Part shown: in pieces, positions 29,597 through 39,974 of the stretch
How the letters are laid out: each line of letters starts with the position of its first letter
Numbering within the stretch: the stretch's first letter is position 1
Assembly: GCA_965205085.1 (NCBI GenBank)
Contig: OZ242039.1
Span: 4,191,845-4,255,844 of the forward strand
Direction of reading: 5' to 3'
From: Bryobacterales bacterium
Lineage (GTDB): Bacteria; Acidobacteriota; Terriglobia; Bryobacterales; UBA6623
DNA: 64,000 nt
Made by a program: the position numbers and the translations under genes
The notes under the pieces: model-generated
Told to the model about the DNA's origin: nothing
Database searches by the model: none
Seen by the model: the letters and a program-made list of their open reading frames with translations, nothing else

Positions 29597-30812
29597 TGCT
29601 CCGCTATCGAGAGTAGAGTCTCTGGCAAACAGACTTGTGTTTCCAGCGGCCACCGCAAGTGGGTATCTGCCGGCTCGCGCTCCGCTGGTGTACGTTGACA
29701 GTTGCCAACCGGCATGCGACCTCGGTGCCCGATCTGTAGATGGCTTGGCCCCAGCGCGACCTGGATCTTGGAATTGGGCATGGGTGAGGACCGGGCCTGG
29801 ACAACTGCGCACTGCAGGCTGTCCGGCAAGCCACGCGAGTGCCGCAGCGTGCAGCGGGCGAGGACGGCCCCTCCACGAACTGGTGTAGGCGTCGGCCTTG
29901 TCGAAGCGGAGATCGGACACGACCAGCTTGTCCGGACAACCTGGGGTGCCTGTGAACCTGGATTGCGCAGTGGCCCGGAATCTTGGGGCGCGACTGAGCA
30001 GGTCTAATGTGCCGTTCTGCAAGGGGATATGGCAGAAGAATCAACGGATGAATGTTAGGAGTGCGAGAGACCTGCTGTGGAGCCGGAGGGAGTGCAGGGC
30101 ATTCTTGCAGACAAAGGCGTCCTGCCGAGGGCTCGGGTCTGGGCGGTCACCCCTTCGGCGTCATTCCCGCTTTGCTTTCGGAGCATCGAGGAATTTTCCT
30201 GGCTGCTCAAGTCCGGCACGTGCATCCAAGAGCGCCGACTCCAGTCGGCCCAGCCCGGATATCTCACCAAGCTCGGCGGGCGGCTACCTCGACACCCCCT
30301 TCACTAGCCGGGCCACAGCACGGATCGAGCGCACCAGTCGGGATTCCACTTGGCTCAATTGTGCCGTCTGCTAGCGGGCTTGGCCACGCGCGGACAGACC
30401 CTGCCTCGGGAGCACCGAGGGAAGCGAAATCCGAATCCGCCGCACACTTACCTGCACCACCGCTGCCGCCTTCAGCAGCTGGGTGCGGACCGTGCAGTAC
30501 CCGCCAAACTCGAACGCCGCAACTGCACCAACCAGTCGGGCACCGACTCGTCGCCGACCGTGATTGTGAGGTGGAATGGCGGGACACTGTGGCGACATCG
30601 ACCAAGGCCCTTACAGTCCATTCAACCTTATGATAATAAGCCGTTTACAATATCTCCACACGCGCTCACTCCCTCTGGTGAAGATGGCCGGACTAGCTGT
30701 TCGTCCACGGACCCGACGGCCTTTGGGCTGTCGCCTGACCGCTCAGGGTACACCTGAACCCACATCGACGACGAGGAGGGCAATCACCCTCCCAGCGTAG
30801 CCGCATCCTTGC

Positions 30813-32105
30813 CTACACGGCTCTGGGAACGCCCCGATAGGCGATCCCGAGAAGCCCAAGGTACGCCCCAAGGATCTCGCTGTCGCCCAACGACACGTCG
30901 AAGCAACTCAGGATGGCGACCGCCAGCGTTCCGCACACCCCGGCGTGCAACAGGAACCGCCGGTCGTCGGGCCTGTCGGGCAGTTCCCGCAACCCCCTTC
31001 TCATGTCGATCAGCACTTGGGCGAAGAGCCATAGGACGATCAGGGTGGCCGGAATGCCGCGTTCGGCGGCGTAATGTATGTAGACATTGTGAAGATGCCC
31101 ATAGACCCCTGGCGGCAGTTCCCTCACGTCTTCAGGTTGGTAGGCGGAAAACAGCGGGCCGGCTCGCTCCGGCCCCACTCCGAGCAGGGGCCGGTCGGCA
31201 ATCATGTTCAATCCGGTTCGCCACATCACGATTCGAGCCTGGTTCGCTTCTGGCCGGATCGAGCGGACCCGCTGCTGAAGCGCCTCTGGGGCCGCCGCAT
31301 ATCCGACTGCCAGCAGTAGCGGGCCCGCCAAGAGCAGACGCAGCCGACCCGTAGCAACAATCAGGTAGACGGCTCCGGCCAGGAGCGCCAGCCAGGCGCT
31401 TCTGGTGAAGCTAAGCAGCGTTGCTACCGCAAGCACCGCACCGACTCCGCTCCAGACCCTCGATCCATGACGCCGTTGCCCGAACACCAGATAACACGCG
31501 AGTGTGAGCAGGATGAGCACGGAAACCTGGCTGAATGTCATCCAGTGGCTGTAGAAACCCGTGACCCGGTCATCGACGTACGAACGATAGAACGTCCCGT
31601 CGAGCGCGCCGGTATTCATGGTGGCTTGGGCGAACTGGACCATGGCCGCCAGCGATGCTCCGAACACGACCACGAACCATGCCTCGGCCGTGCGGCGGCA
31701 GGCATCGACCGACGACAGGGCGGTGTAGACCAGCGGCAGCATCGCGTAGACGAAGAATTTCTTGATTTGCGGAAGAGCCGCGGACGGGTCGTCGGAGGCT
31801 AGTGCGGAAACCAGTGTCCACAACATCAGGGCCGCTAGCGGCCACGCTGCCTTAGGCACACCGATCCGCGCAGGCTTCAGCACCAGTCCGGCCAGCCCGA
31901 GAGCTGCCACTGAGTGGGCGACTGCGATGGAAGCCAGATTGGCGACCGACGCGCCGAATGCCGTCCACACCAGCCAGCGTTCCCTCCTGGTCGAGCCGGG
32001 TGTCTCTGTCACGGTGTGATCCTGCCTCGCCACGAGCGATGCAGTGCCCTCACTGCAGGGCGTTCCAGGCGGTCTCGATTGGGGCGAGGTCCGGCCAGGA
32101 GCCAT
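30813..32105 (-). CDS. O-antigen ligase (Wzy_C) family polytopic membrane protein
   Basis: Multiple hydrophobic spans. A SFTRSAWLALLAG...HLHNVYIHYAAERG type loop is typical of the O-antigen ligase/polymerase family. ATG 32105 overlaps the upstream gene by 56 nt; GTG 32033 is an alternative start. Confidence 0.7.
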   Translation of the reverse strand: MAPGRTSPQSRPPGTPCSEGTASLVARQDHTVTETPGSTRRERWLVWTAFGASVANLASIAVAHSVAALGLAGLVLKPARIGVPKAAWPLAALMLWTLVSALASDDPSAALPQIKKFFVYAMLPLVYTALSSVDACRRTAEAWFVVVFGASLAAMVQFAQATMNTGALDGTFYRSYVDDRVTGFYSHWMTFSQVSVLILLTLACYLVFGQRRHGSRVWSGVGAVLAVATLLSFTRSAWLALLAGAVYLIVATGRLRLLLAGPLLLAVGYAAAPEALQQRVRSIRPEANQARIVMWRTGLNMIADRPLLGVGPERAGPLFSAYQPEDVRELPPGVYGHLHNVYIHYAAERGIPATLIVLWLFAQVLIDMRRGLRELPDRPDDRRFLLHAGVCGTLAVAILSCFDVSLGDSEILGAYLGLLGIAYRGVPRAV

Positions 32106-33009
32106 TGAGCGTGTTAAGAAAGGCCTTGATGTCGGCGTGGTCCCGTTCGCTCAGTTGGAGGGGATCCAGTTCTGTTTGGCCGATTGTGTCTGGCTTGGGC
32201 TCGTTGTAGAAGTTGAGGACCTCGTCGAGTGTTTCGAACCGGCCGTCGTGCATGAAAGGCTCCCGGCCCTTCCAGTTGCGCAGGGACGGCGTCTTGAATG
32301 CACCAAGGTCATACGTGTCTGAGGAAATCGCGTAGCGGCCGGTGTCGTCCGTGGTGCCCGTACCGATGTTGTGGAACAGCCCGTCGGTGAAGTTGGGGCC
32401 GAGATGGCACGTTGCGCACTGCCCGCGGGTGAAGAAGATCATGCGCCCGCGCTCCTGCTGCTCGTTGAACACCGAGCGGTTGCCTTTCATCCATTCGTCG
32501 TAAAGGGTGGGACCGGTGCGGAGCGCCCGCTCAAAGGCTGCCAGGGCTCGGGTGATCTCCTCGATCGTGATCTCCGTGACTCCCGCCTTGGCGAAGGCTC
32601 GGACGTAGGCGGATTCGGACGTCACCCTGCGGACAGCTTCGTTGGCCGACAGGTCCATTTCGATGGGATTCTCGATGGGCCCTCGGGCTTGCTCCTCCAG
32701 TGAGCCGGCCCGACCGTCCCAGAAGAAAAAATCGAGATCCTGCAGATTGACGACCGTGGGCGTGTTGCGCGGAAGTGTGTCGCCGTATGCGCCTTCGCCA
32801 AGGGCAACCCCGGACTCGAAGCCCTTCTGCGGATCGTGGCACGTCGCGCATGAAGTATTGAGGGGTTTGGACAGGATCGGATCGAAGAACAGCTTCCAGC
32901 CGATGGGAACCAGCGAGTCCGCGGCAGTCCCCGTGATCGGAGCCGATTGCACCGGGGTGTGCAGCCCGAGTCCGAGGGCCAGGAACAGGCGGCCGAACCG
33001 CTCAGTCAT
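32050..33009 (-). CDS. di-haem cytochrome c peroxidase (CCP/MauG family)
   Basis: Two CxxCH motifs (CATCHDP, CATCHLGP), a signal-like N-terminus, and FKTPSLRN and MHDGRF strings typical of CCP/MauG. Confidence 0.85.
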   Translation of the reverse strand: MTERFGRLFLALGLGLHTPVQSAPITGTAADSLVPIGWKLFFDPILSKPLNTSCATCHDPQKGFESGVALGEGAYGDTLPRNTPTVVNLQDLDFFFWDGRAGSLEEQARGPIENPIEMDLSANEAVRRVTSESAYVRAFAKAGVTEITIEEITRALAAFERALRTGPTLYDEWMKGNRSVFNEQQERGRMIFFTRGQCATCHLGPNFTDGLFHNIGTGTTDDTGRYAISSDTYDLGAFKTPSLRNWKGREPFMHDGRFETLDEVLNFYNEPKPDTIGQTELDPLQLSERDHADIKAFLNTLNGSWPDLAPIETAWNALQ

Positions 33010-33961
33010 CCAACACTACCCCCCACGGCATCGCCCCGGTCGGGATCGTCCCGATCTCCTCCATGGCCTGGGTATCCACGACCGAGAGCGTAGCGTCCGG
33101 ACCGTTGGCCGCCCATAGCCGCGTCCCGTCACGGGACAGCGCCATGCCCCAGGTCCGCACACCGGTGGACACGCTGTCCCGCAGTTCCAGAGTGTCGGGA
33201 TCGAGCACGGCAATCGCGTTCCCGCGGCCCAGTGAGACGTACAGCCTCCCCCCGTCCGGGCTCAAGAGAATCCCCTTCGGCTTGACGCGCGGATTCAGCT
33301 CGCGCCGAAGGGTCCGATTGATTCCCACGACACGGTTCGTCCGGCGCTCGACCTTCGAGACGTGTCCGGCGACTTCGGAAGTAACCCAGAAGTACTGCCC
33401 GTCGACACTGAAGGCCACCTCCCGTGGCCGGGCTCCGACAAGGATGTTGGCGACCAGCTTCTTGTCCACCGCCGAGATGACGTGCACCATATTGGAGGAT
33501 TCGCTGGTTACCAGAACCTGCTGGCCGTCCGGGCTGATGCCGACTCCTTCGGGCTCGATTCCGACCTCGATTTCCGCCAGCACTTCGCCCGAATCGGGAT
33601 CGAGTGCAGTGGCGAGTCCCTGGTCCTCGTTGGAGAGATAGATCGTGCCGTCCGGATGAACCGCGAACGCTTCCGGATCGGAGCCGGCCGGGACCGTGCG
33701 TTCCAGCTTCAGCGACGCTGTGTCGAGCACGCCGATCGCGTTCTCGGTCCCCAGTGCGACGTAGACGCGCTTGCGGTCGGGGCTGAAGCCGATTCCCCGG
33801 GGCCGTCCGCCGACCTCTACGGTCGCTTCGACCACTCCGGTGCGGCTGTCGATCACGGTCACGGAATCGTCGGCCTCGTTGGTTACGAAGAGCCGGTAGG
33901 TCGGCTCGGCCGACAGTTGTGGCGAACCAATCAGCAGCAGGGCGAAGAGCAGTCTCGTCAT
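33002..33961 (-). CDS. YVTN-type beta-propeller repeat protein, exported
   Basis: Signal-like MTRLLFALLLIGSP, then repeated units (LFVTNEADDSVTVID, VYVALGTENAIGVLD, IYLSNEDQGLATALD, VLVTSESSNMVHVIS, FWVTSEVAGHVSKVE, LYVSLGRGNAIAVLD, LWAANGPDATLSVVD). Confidence 0.8.
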   Translation of the reverse strand: MTRLLFALLLIGSPQLSAEPTYRLFVTNEADDSVTVIDSRTGVVEATVEVGGRPRGIGFSPDRKRVYVALGTENAIGVLDTASLKLERTVPAGSDPEAFAVHPDGTIYLSNEDQGLATALDPDSGEVLAEIEVGIEPEGVGISPDGQQVLVTSESSNMVHVISAVDKKLVANILVGARPREVAFSVDGQYFWVTSEVAGHVSKVERRTNRVVGINRTLRRELNPRVKPKGILLSPDGGRLYVSLGRGNAIAVLDPDTLELRDSVSTGVRTWGMALSRDGTRLWAANGPDATLSVVDTQAMEEIGTIPTGAMPWGVVLDD

Positions 33962-33964
33962 GAT

Positions 33965-34738
33965 TCACTCACAGGGGGAAGCTCCAAGGCTGTCGAGGCC
34001 GTCCGCCGCGCCGCGGACCGGGGCCTCGCCAACCAATTCTTCGGTCTCGTTCACCAGGACCAGCGGTTGGCGAAGCTGGCCGCTGTTACGAAAGCTGAGG
34101 GGGTCGCCCTTCTGGCCGTCAAGGCCGTCCGCCTCTCTCAGGGACCGCAGCAAGGAGGCGGCATCCGCGTCAGGATCCCTGATGAGCGTTTCGCTGACTG
34201 CCCGCACGGCGAACCAGCCGGCCCAGGCCTGCGCGTCCATGGCCATGCCGAACCGCTGCCGGAAGCGCTTGTTGAGATCCCGCGCCGCGAACTTCACGGC
34301 GCTCCCGTGCCAGCCGGAGGCGCTCACGCTGTCGCCCGGGTTCCGGGCCGTCCACTGGGTAACCGCATCGGCTTTCATGCGGGCGCTCGGTATGATGTGA
34401 AGCACGTTCTCCAGGCACGCCGAGCGCAGGGCGTCCGTTTCGTCGGTGAGATTCAAGACGGCCCTGCCGCCAGCGGCACCGGCTACATCGACGATCCCGC
34501 CCCTGCGGTCGGCAAGGATTGCGATTGCGTTGCCGGGGACGGGACCGTCGCTCCAGACCGCAAGCGACAGGCGCACATCCAGAAACGCGCCCTGCCGATT
34601 GGACTCGTCGATCCCCAGTTGCGATCCCCGCAGGGCGCTGCCAGACTCGGGACCCACGTAGACCAGATGGAACTCCGCCGCCGGAAGTGCCACAACCGGC
34701 AGCAGCCCGCAGGCCAAAGCGATGACCGATGCCCGCAT
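33965..34738 (-). CDS. periplasmic solute-binding-protein-like protein (Leu/Ile/Val-binding fold)
   Basis: ORF 33965-35032. Start at MRASVIALACGLLPVVALPAA. GSQLGIDESNRQGAFL resembles the N-terminal motif of type-1 PBPs found with beta-propeller partners. Weak, pattern-based call. Confidence 0.45.
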   Translation of the reverse strand: MRASVIALACGLLPVVALPAAEFHLVYVGPESGSALRGSQLGIDESNRQGAFLDVRLSLAVWSDGPVPGNAIAILADRRGGIVDVAGAAGGRAVLNLTDETDALRSACLENVLHIIPSARMKADAVTQWTARNPGDSVSASGWHGSAVKFAARDLNKRFRQRFGMAMDAQAWAGWFAVRAVSETLIRDPDADAASLLRSLREADGLDGQKGDPLSFRNSGQLRQPLVLVNETEELVGEAPVRGAADGLDSLGASPCE

Positions 34739-34842
34739 TCGTTCCCCCGGTCTTGTGTGCAGGGCACCCCGGCGTCGCATGAAGTCTAGCAGCATCGTTG
34801 AGGTCGAAGCTGCGGAGGGGGCGTCCGGACCCACGCGATCCC

Positions 34843-35673
34843 TCATCCCGATCCGAACTCCGGGTCCGCCGCGGCCAGCCAGTTTCCCAACTCCGAGGCC
34901 TGCAACCGGAGGCCAACATAGAACGGCCCAAAGAGGGCGTATACAGCACTCGCCTCGTCGAAGCGCATTTCGTAGATCAACTGCTTGAACACGAGCGGGT
35001 CGTCGGCAAACAAGTCCACTCCCCACTCCCAATCGTCAAAGCCGATCGACCCCGAAATGATCTGCTTGACCCGGCCCGCGTAGCGCCGGCCGATCATTCC
35101 GTGCTCGCGCATCATGTCCCGGCGCTTCTCGATCGGAACGGAGTACCAGTTCTGCTGTTCGCCGCGCTTCTTGTCCATCGGGTAGAAGCAGATGAACTTC
35201 TGGGGGGGCATCGGCGGGTCCAGGCGAGGTGCCATGGCGGCAGCCTGCTCGTTGCTCCGGCCCCGCACCCGGTCGATCCAGTCCGGGCTGTCGGGAGCGA
35301 CGCCTTCGGCGAGCAGTTCCTGGTAGAGCTTGACGGTCGAGTCGTAAAGGCCCAGTTCGACCACGGAGAGGTAGGATGTGGCGGGTTCCAGGTACTCGGC
35401 CAGACCGAGCGAGGCAACGGCCAGTTCTGCCCTGTTCAACGCCTCGAAGTCCTTGCGAAAGTGCAGAAGCAGCAGGTCAGCCTTGTGGCCCACCAGCGAG
35501 AAAAGGGCGGACCTGCCGGTGTCCCTCCGCTCCATGGCTCCCAGTGCCGAAACGGCCTCGCGAACGATCTCGTCCTGCTGCTCGGAAGGCAGCCGGCGCC
35601 ATGCGACCCGCCGTACGCGAAACATCTGATGCAGCATCGCTGCTCCGTCCAGCGTCAGCGGATGGGGCGGCAT
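34843..35673 (-). CDS. chlorite-dismutase-family haem enzyme (coproheme decarboxylase HemQ/ChdC-like)
   Basis: FYPMDKKRGEQQNWYSVPIEKRRDMMREHG...GSIGFDDWEWGVDLFADDPLVFKQLIYEMRFDEASA is the conserved C-terminal half of the HemQ/Cld family. Start placed at MPPHPLTLDG. Confidence 0.75.
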   Translation of the reverse strand: MPPHPLTLDGAAMLHQMFRVRRVAWRRLPSEQQDEIVREAVSALGAMERRDTGRSALFSLVGHKADLLLLHFRKDFEALNRAELAVASLGLAEYLEPATSYLSVVELGLYDSTVKLYQELLAEGVAPDSPDWIDRVRGRSNEQAAAMAPRLDPPMPPQKFICFYPMDKKRGEQQNWYSVPIEKRRDMMREHGMIGRRYAGRVKQIISGSIGFDDWEWGVDLFADDPLVFKQLIYEMRFDEASAVYALFGPFYVGLRLQASELGNWLAAADPEFGSG

Positions 35674-35791
35674 GGCGGGGTCCGGGTTGAGTGGCCCGGT
35701 GCCTCGACCGCCTAACGGACTCGTCTGGCCTCTAGGCATGAAACCCAATCTACCAAAGCCCCCGTTCGCCCCGGCTGGAGCGCGACCGTCG

Positions 35792-37846
35792 CTAGACGGC
35801 GATCAGCGGAGCGATCACCAGCGCGACGATCGACATCAGCTTGATCAGGATGTTCATCGACGGGCCGGACGTGTCCTTGAACGGGTCACCGACCGTGTCT
35901 CCGACGACGGAGGCCTTGTGGCCTTCCGTACCCTTGCCCTCGCCCGCGACAGCGCCCTGCTCGATCGATTTCTTGGCGTTGTCCCAAGCGCCTCCGGAAT
36001 TCGCCATGAACAGGGCGAGCAGCACGCCCGTTACCGTCGCTCCGGCCAGTGTGCCGCCGAGCGCCTCGGGGCCGAGGGCGGTGCCCACGAGGACAGGGGT
36101 GCAAACGGCGATCAGACCGGGGAGCACCATTTCGCGCAGTGCCGACGCGGTGGCTATGTCGACACACCGGGCCGCATCCGGATTGACGCCCTCGCGCCCT
36201 TCCAGCAGCCCCGCAATTTCGCGGAACTGCCTCCGGATTTCGTCGATGATGCGGCCGGCAGCCTTGCCGACGGCCCGCATCGTCAGCGCGGCAACCAGGA
36301 ACGGCAGGATACCGCCCAGCAGCAAGCCGATGACGACCTCGGCGGAGTTCAGGGCGATCGTGACGGGACCCATGCCTGCCGCCGCCCGAGCCGCGTCCAA
36401 AGCCTGGGTGTAGGCCGAGAACAGGGCCAGGGCCGCAAGCGCTGCGGAGCCGATCGCGAAGCCCTTTCCCATTGCAGCCGTTGTGTTGCCCAGGGAGTCG
36501 AGTTGGTCCGTGATCATGCGGACCTCGGACGGCAGGCCGCACATTTCGGAAATCCCCCCGGCATTGTCGGCAATGGGTCCGTAGGCATCCACGCTCATGG
36601 TTATGCCTACCGTCGCAAGCATGCCCACGGCGGCAATGCCGATGCCGTAGAGGCCAGCCTCGCCGTGGGCGGCGAAGATCGCGGCGCAGATCACCAGCAC
36701 CGGCGCCGCGCAACTCCGGAATCCGGTTGCGAGCCCCTCGATGATGTTGGTGGCCGTACCCATCCGCGACGCCTCGGCGATCTGTAGAACCGGCTTCATC
36801 GACGTGTAGTATTCCGTGATGTAGCCGATCGCCACGCCTCCCAGGCATCCGGCCGCGATGGCCTTGAAGACGCCCGATCCCACGCCCATCGCCTCGCCGG
36901 CAAAGTAGCTCCCGGCCAGGAAGAGCAATGCACTCAGCCATGCGGAGTACCGCAGGGCCCCAGCGGGTCCCAGGCCCTTCAGGACGCGCACGGCAAGGAT
37001 GCCGACCAGCGAGGCGACCAGCCCGACTGAGGACACGATCAGCGGCAAGGCCATCAGGGCCGATCGCAGGGTCTCGCCGCCGACCGTACCGGCCAGCTGT
37101 TCCAGCGCGTGACCGGGCAGGGTCGCTGCGATCGCAAGGCTGGCAATCATAGCCCCTGCGAACGACTCAAAGATGTCGGCCCCCATGCCGGCCACGTCGC
37201 CGACGTTATCGCCCACGTTGTCGGCGATAACGCCCGGATTGCGCGGGTCGTCCTCCGGTATGCCCGCCTCGACCTTTCCGACCAAGTCGGCCCCGACGTC
37301 GGCCGCCTTGGTATAGATTCCTCCCCCAACCCGGGCGAACAGGGCGATCGAACTCGCCCCCATCGCAAAGCCGTTCAGATACACAGCGCTGGCGGGGTCC
37401 GAGAATTGCATGGCGAGCAGACCCACGCCCAGCAGTCCCAACCCCGCCACAGCCAGGCCCATCACGGACCCTCCGGTGAACGCTACGGTCAGGGCAGCTC
37501 CCAGTCCTCGTGTCCGGGCCGCTTCACTGGTGCGGGAGTTCGCCAGCGTCGCGGCCTGCATGCCGACCAGTCCGGCCATGATCGAGCAAGCCGCCCCCAC
37601 GCCGAAGCTCATCGCCATCGACATGCCCAACGTCCACGCGATCACCCCCCCGACCACCACGACGAAGATGGCCAGAATGCGGTACTCGCGCCCCAGGAAC
37701 GCCATGGCGCCAACCCGGATCAGGCCTGCGACGCTTCGCATCTTCTCGGTGCCGGGCGGATGGCGGCGAACGGCCAGCAGCGCGAGAAACGAGGCCAGCA
37801 ACCCGACGGCCCCAAGCATCGGTGCAATCGAAAAGTAGTTGTCCAT
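35792..37846 (-). CDS. hppA: membrane-bound pyrophosphate-energised ion pump
   Basis: 684 aa polytopic protein with [39 protein letters not shown] and [23 protein letters not shown] signatures. Confidence 0.95.
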   Translation of the reverse strand: MDNYFSIAPMLGAVGLLASFLALLAVRRHPPGTEKMRSVAGLIRVGAMAFLGREYRILAIFVVVVGGVIAWTLGMSMAMSFGVGAACSIMAGLVGMQAATLANSRTSEAARTRGLGAALTVAFTGGSVMGLAVAGLGLLGVGLLAMQFSDPASAVYLNGFAMGASSIALFARVGGGIYTKAADVGADLVGKVEAGIPEDDPRNPGVIADNVGDNVGDVAGMGADIFESFAGAMIASLAIAATLPGHALEQLAGTVGGETLRSALMALPLIVSSVGLVASLVGILAVRVLKGLGPAGALRYSAWLSALLFLAGSYFAGEAMGVGSGVFKAIAAGCLGGVAIGYITEYYTSMKPVLQIAEASRMGTATNIIEGLATGFRSCAAPVLVICAAIFAAHGEAGLYGIGIAAVGMLATVGITMSVDAYGPIADNAGGISEMCGLPSEVRMITDQLDSLGNTTAAMGKGFAIGSAALAALALFSAYTQALDAARAAAGMGPVTIALNSAEVVIGLLLGGILPFLVAALTMRAVGKAAGRIIDEIRRQFREIAGLLEGREGVNPDAARCVDIATASALREMVLPGLIAVCTPVLVGTALGPEALGGTLAGATVTGVLLALFMANSGGAWDNAKKSIEQGAVAGEGKGTEGHKASVVGDTVGDPFKDTSGPSMNILIKLMSIVALVIAPLIAV

Positions 37847-38273
37847 GAGGTAATTCGTTTCCGGTTTCAGTCAGTGCAGTGGTGTGCGGATTGGACGTGG
37901 AGCATCCCGCAAACCAGAGGTACACCCGCGCTGGTCCGGACTAACTGGTCCGGACGCTCCCTGGCGTCCATCAGCAACGCCGGCACGGCCGCGGACGTCG
38001 ATTCGCGGGATCGCGACGCCATCGTGCGGATGCCGAAACCGCCGTGCCTTCCGATCGACCGACACTCCATTGAACGGTGCAGATGCGAGAGCCAGTCGAG
38101 CCTTGCCATTCTTCGGCAAGCTGGACGCCGGCCGCTCCAGCATATGGGAGCCTCCAGCCTTCCAATCCCTCTTAGGCTATCAGAACGCAACCGCTACGTC
38201 TCGACCGGCTGGACTTGTCTGAACGGTCCCCGCCGGCCTGTCCCACTGCTCTACGATAGGGAGCGGTTGTCCC

Positions 38274-39275
38274 ATGATCATCGGATTGACGGGTACCAAC
38301 GGTTCGGGCAAGACGGTCGCGGCTGATCGCTTGCGCCGCAAGGGCTTCGAGGTCCATTCCCTGTCGGACGTGATCCGAGACGAGCTTGCCGCCCGCAGTC
38401 TGGCGCCGACCCGGGAAAATCTGATCGCCGAGGGCAACCGGCTCCGGGCCGACTTCGGCCCGGCCGTTCTCGCCCAGCGGATCAGCCGCAGATTCCGACC
38501 GGACCAGAACTACGTGGTGGACTCGATACGGACACCCCAGGAAGTTCACGCGCTCCGGGAGTGGGGCGGATTCCGCCTGTTGCACCTGGATGCTCCGATC
38601 CGGGTGCGCTATCAGCGTGTCTGCGACCGGGGCGGGGAGCGAGTGCCCGCCTCGTTCGAGGAATTCGTCGAGCAGGAGCGGCAGGAACTGGCCAGTACCG
38701 ACCGTTCGAGACAACAGTTGTGTGCAACCTCGGAACTGGCCGACGAGACGATCTGCAACGACGGCACACCCGAGGCGTTCGCCGATGCTGTGACGAACCT
38801 GGCACGCCGCTGGATGATGAATTCGGAGCGGCCCGGCTGGGACGATTACTTCATGGAAATCGCCCGCATGGTGGCCCTGCGGTCCAACTGCATGAAACGC
38901 AAGGTCGCCGCAATCATCGTCAAGGACCGACGGATCATCTCGACCGGCTACAACGGTACGCCACGGGGCGTCAGGAATTGCAACGAGGGCGGCTGTCCGC
39001 GGTGCAACTCCCTCGCGGACAGCGGCACGCGGCTGGAGGAGTGCCTGTGCAGCCACGCGGAAGAGAACTCCATCGTCCAGGCGGCCTACCACGGCATCAG
39101 CCTGAAGGGCGCGACGCTCTACTCCACGTTCGCGCCATGTCTGATCTGCACCAAGATGATCATCAATGCGGGGATCGAACGGGTTGTCTACGACCGCGCC
39201 TACCCTCTCGCGGACACCGCCATGGACCTATTGGACGAAGCGGGAGTGCTCCTCGATCTCCGGGATCCGGGCTGA
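38274..39275 (+). CDS. fusion protein: P-loop nucleotide kinase-like domain plus dCMP deaminase (ComEB-type) domain
   Basis: N-terminus MIIGLTGTNGSGKT (Walker A). The C-terminal half carries WDDYFMEIARMVALRSNC, HAEENSI, and PCLICTKMIINAGIERVVY (zinc ligands H/C..C) of deoxycytidylate deaminase. Confidence 0.8.
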   Translation: MIIGLTGTNGSGKTVAADRLRRKGFEVHSLSDVIRDELAARSLAPTRENLIAEGNRLRADFGPAVLAQRISRRFRPDQNYVVDSIRTPQEVHALREWGGFRLLHLDAPIRVRYQRVCDRGGERVPASFEEFVEQERQELASTDRSRQQLCATSELADETICNDGTPEAFADAVTNLARRWMMNSERPGWDDYFMEIARMVALRSNCMKRKVAAIIVKDRRIISTGYNGTPRGVRNCNEGGCPRCNSLADSGTRLEECLCSHAEENSIVQAAYHGISLKGATLYSTFAPCLICTKMIINAGIERVVYDRAYPLADTAMDLLDEAGVLLDLRDPG

Positions 39276-39309
39276 CGACGTCTCGGCCACGGACGTATCA
39301 TCGAAGCTC

Positions 39310-39927
39310 ATGCAGGAAACGAACTTTTCGGAACCGCAGATTGCTCTGGACCGCATCTACACTCGCGGTGGTGACGCTGGCACCACGTTGCTGGTGAACG
39401 GACGCCGGGTGCGAAAAGACGACCTCCGGGTGGAGGTCTACGGCACTGTGGACGAACTGAACTGCTTCGTCGGGCGGGCCCGGGAGAGGCTGCTTGCAGC
39501 CCAAGCGCACTGTCCGGCCCTGGCCCCTCTTGGTGCGATCCTCCTTCGGATCCAGCACGAACTGTTCAATCTAGGGTCGCAGGTCGCGACCGATCCCGAC
39601 ACGCTCGGGCGACGCCAGCCCCGTGTGCTGGGCTCGCATATCGAGCGTCTCGAAGCGGAGATCGACTCCATGAACGGGGAAGTTCCGCCGCTGGGGTCGT
39701 TCGTGCTCCCCGGCGGATCCGCGCTGAATGCGGAACTGCACGTGTGTCGTGCGGTCTGCCGCCGGGCGGAGCGCAGGCTGGTCTCACTCGCGGCCGGCCA
39801 GCCCGGACTGGAGATTCCCGGAAAGTACCTCAACCGCTTGTCAGACGCTTTCTTCGTCTGGAGCCGGTGGGCGTGCCTGCAGGCTGGAGGCGGGGAGATC
39901 CTCTGGCAGCCGAACCTTGCGCGTTGA
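39310..39927 (+). CDS. ATP:cob(I)alamin adenosyltransferase, PduO type
   Basis: ATG 39310. IYTRGGDAGTT...DDLRVEVYGTVDELNCFVG...ELFNLGSQVA...FVLPGGS pattern of the PduO-type ATR. Confidence 0.85.
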   Translation: MQETNFSEPQIALDRIYTRGGDAGTTLLVNGRRVRKDDLRVEVYGTVDELNCFVGRARERLLAAQAHCPALAPLGAILLRIQHELFNLGSQVATDPDTLGRRQPRVLGSHIERLEAEIDSMNGEVPPLGSFVLPGGSALNAELHVCRAVCRRAERRLVSLAAGQPGLEIPGKYLNRLSDAFFVWSRWACLQAGGGEILWQPNLAR

Positions 39928-39974
39928 GCCGCCGTCGGTATGCCGGGCGCAGGACCTTGAGCCATAATGTCCCC

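Noticed and set aside
33362-34789. 475-aa plus-strand ORF
   Set aside because: It is antisense to the beta-propeller and PBP-like genes, which show clear repeat and signal features.
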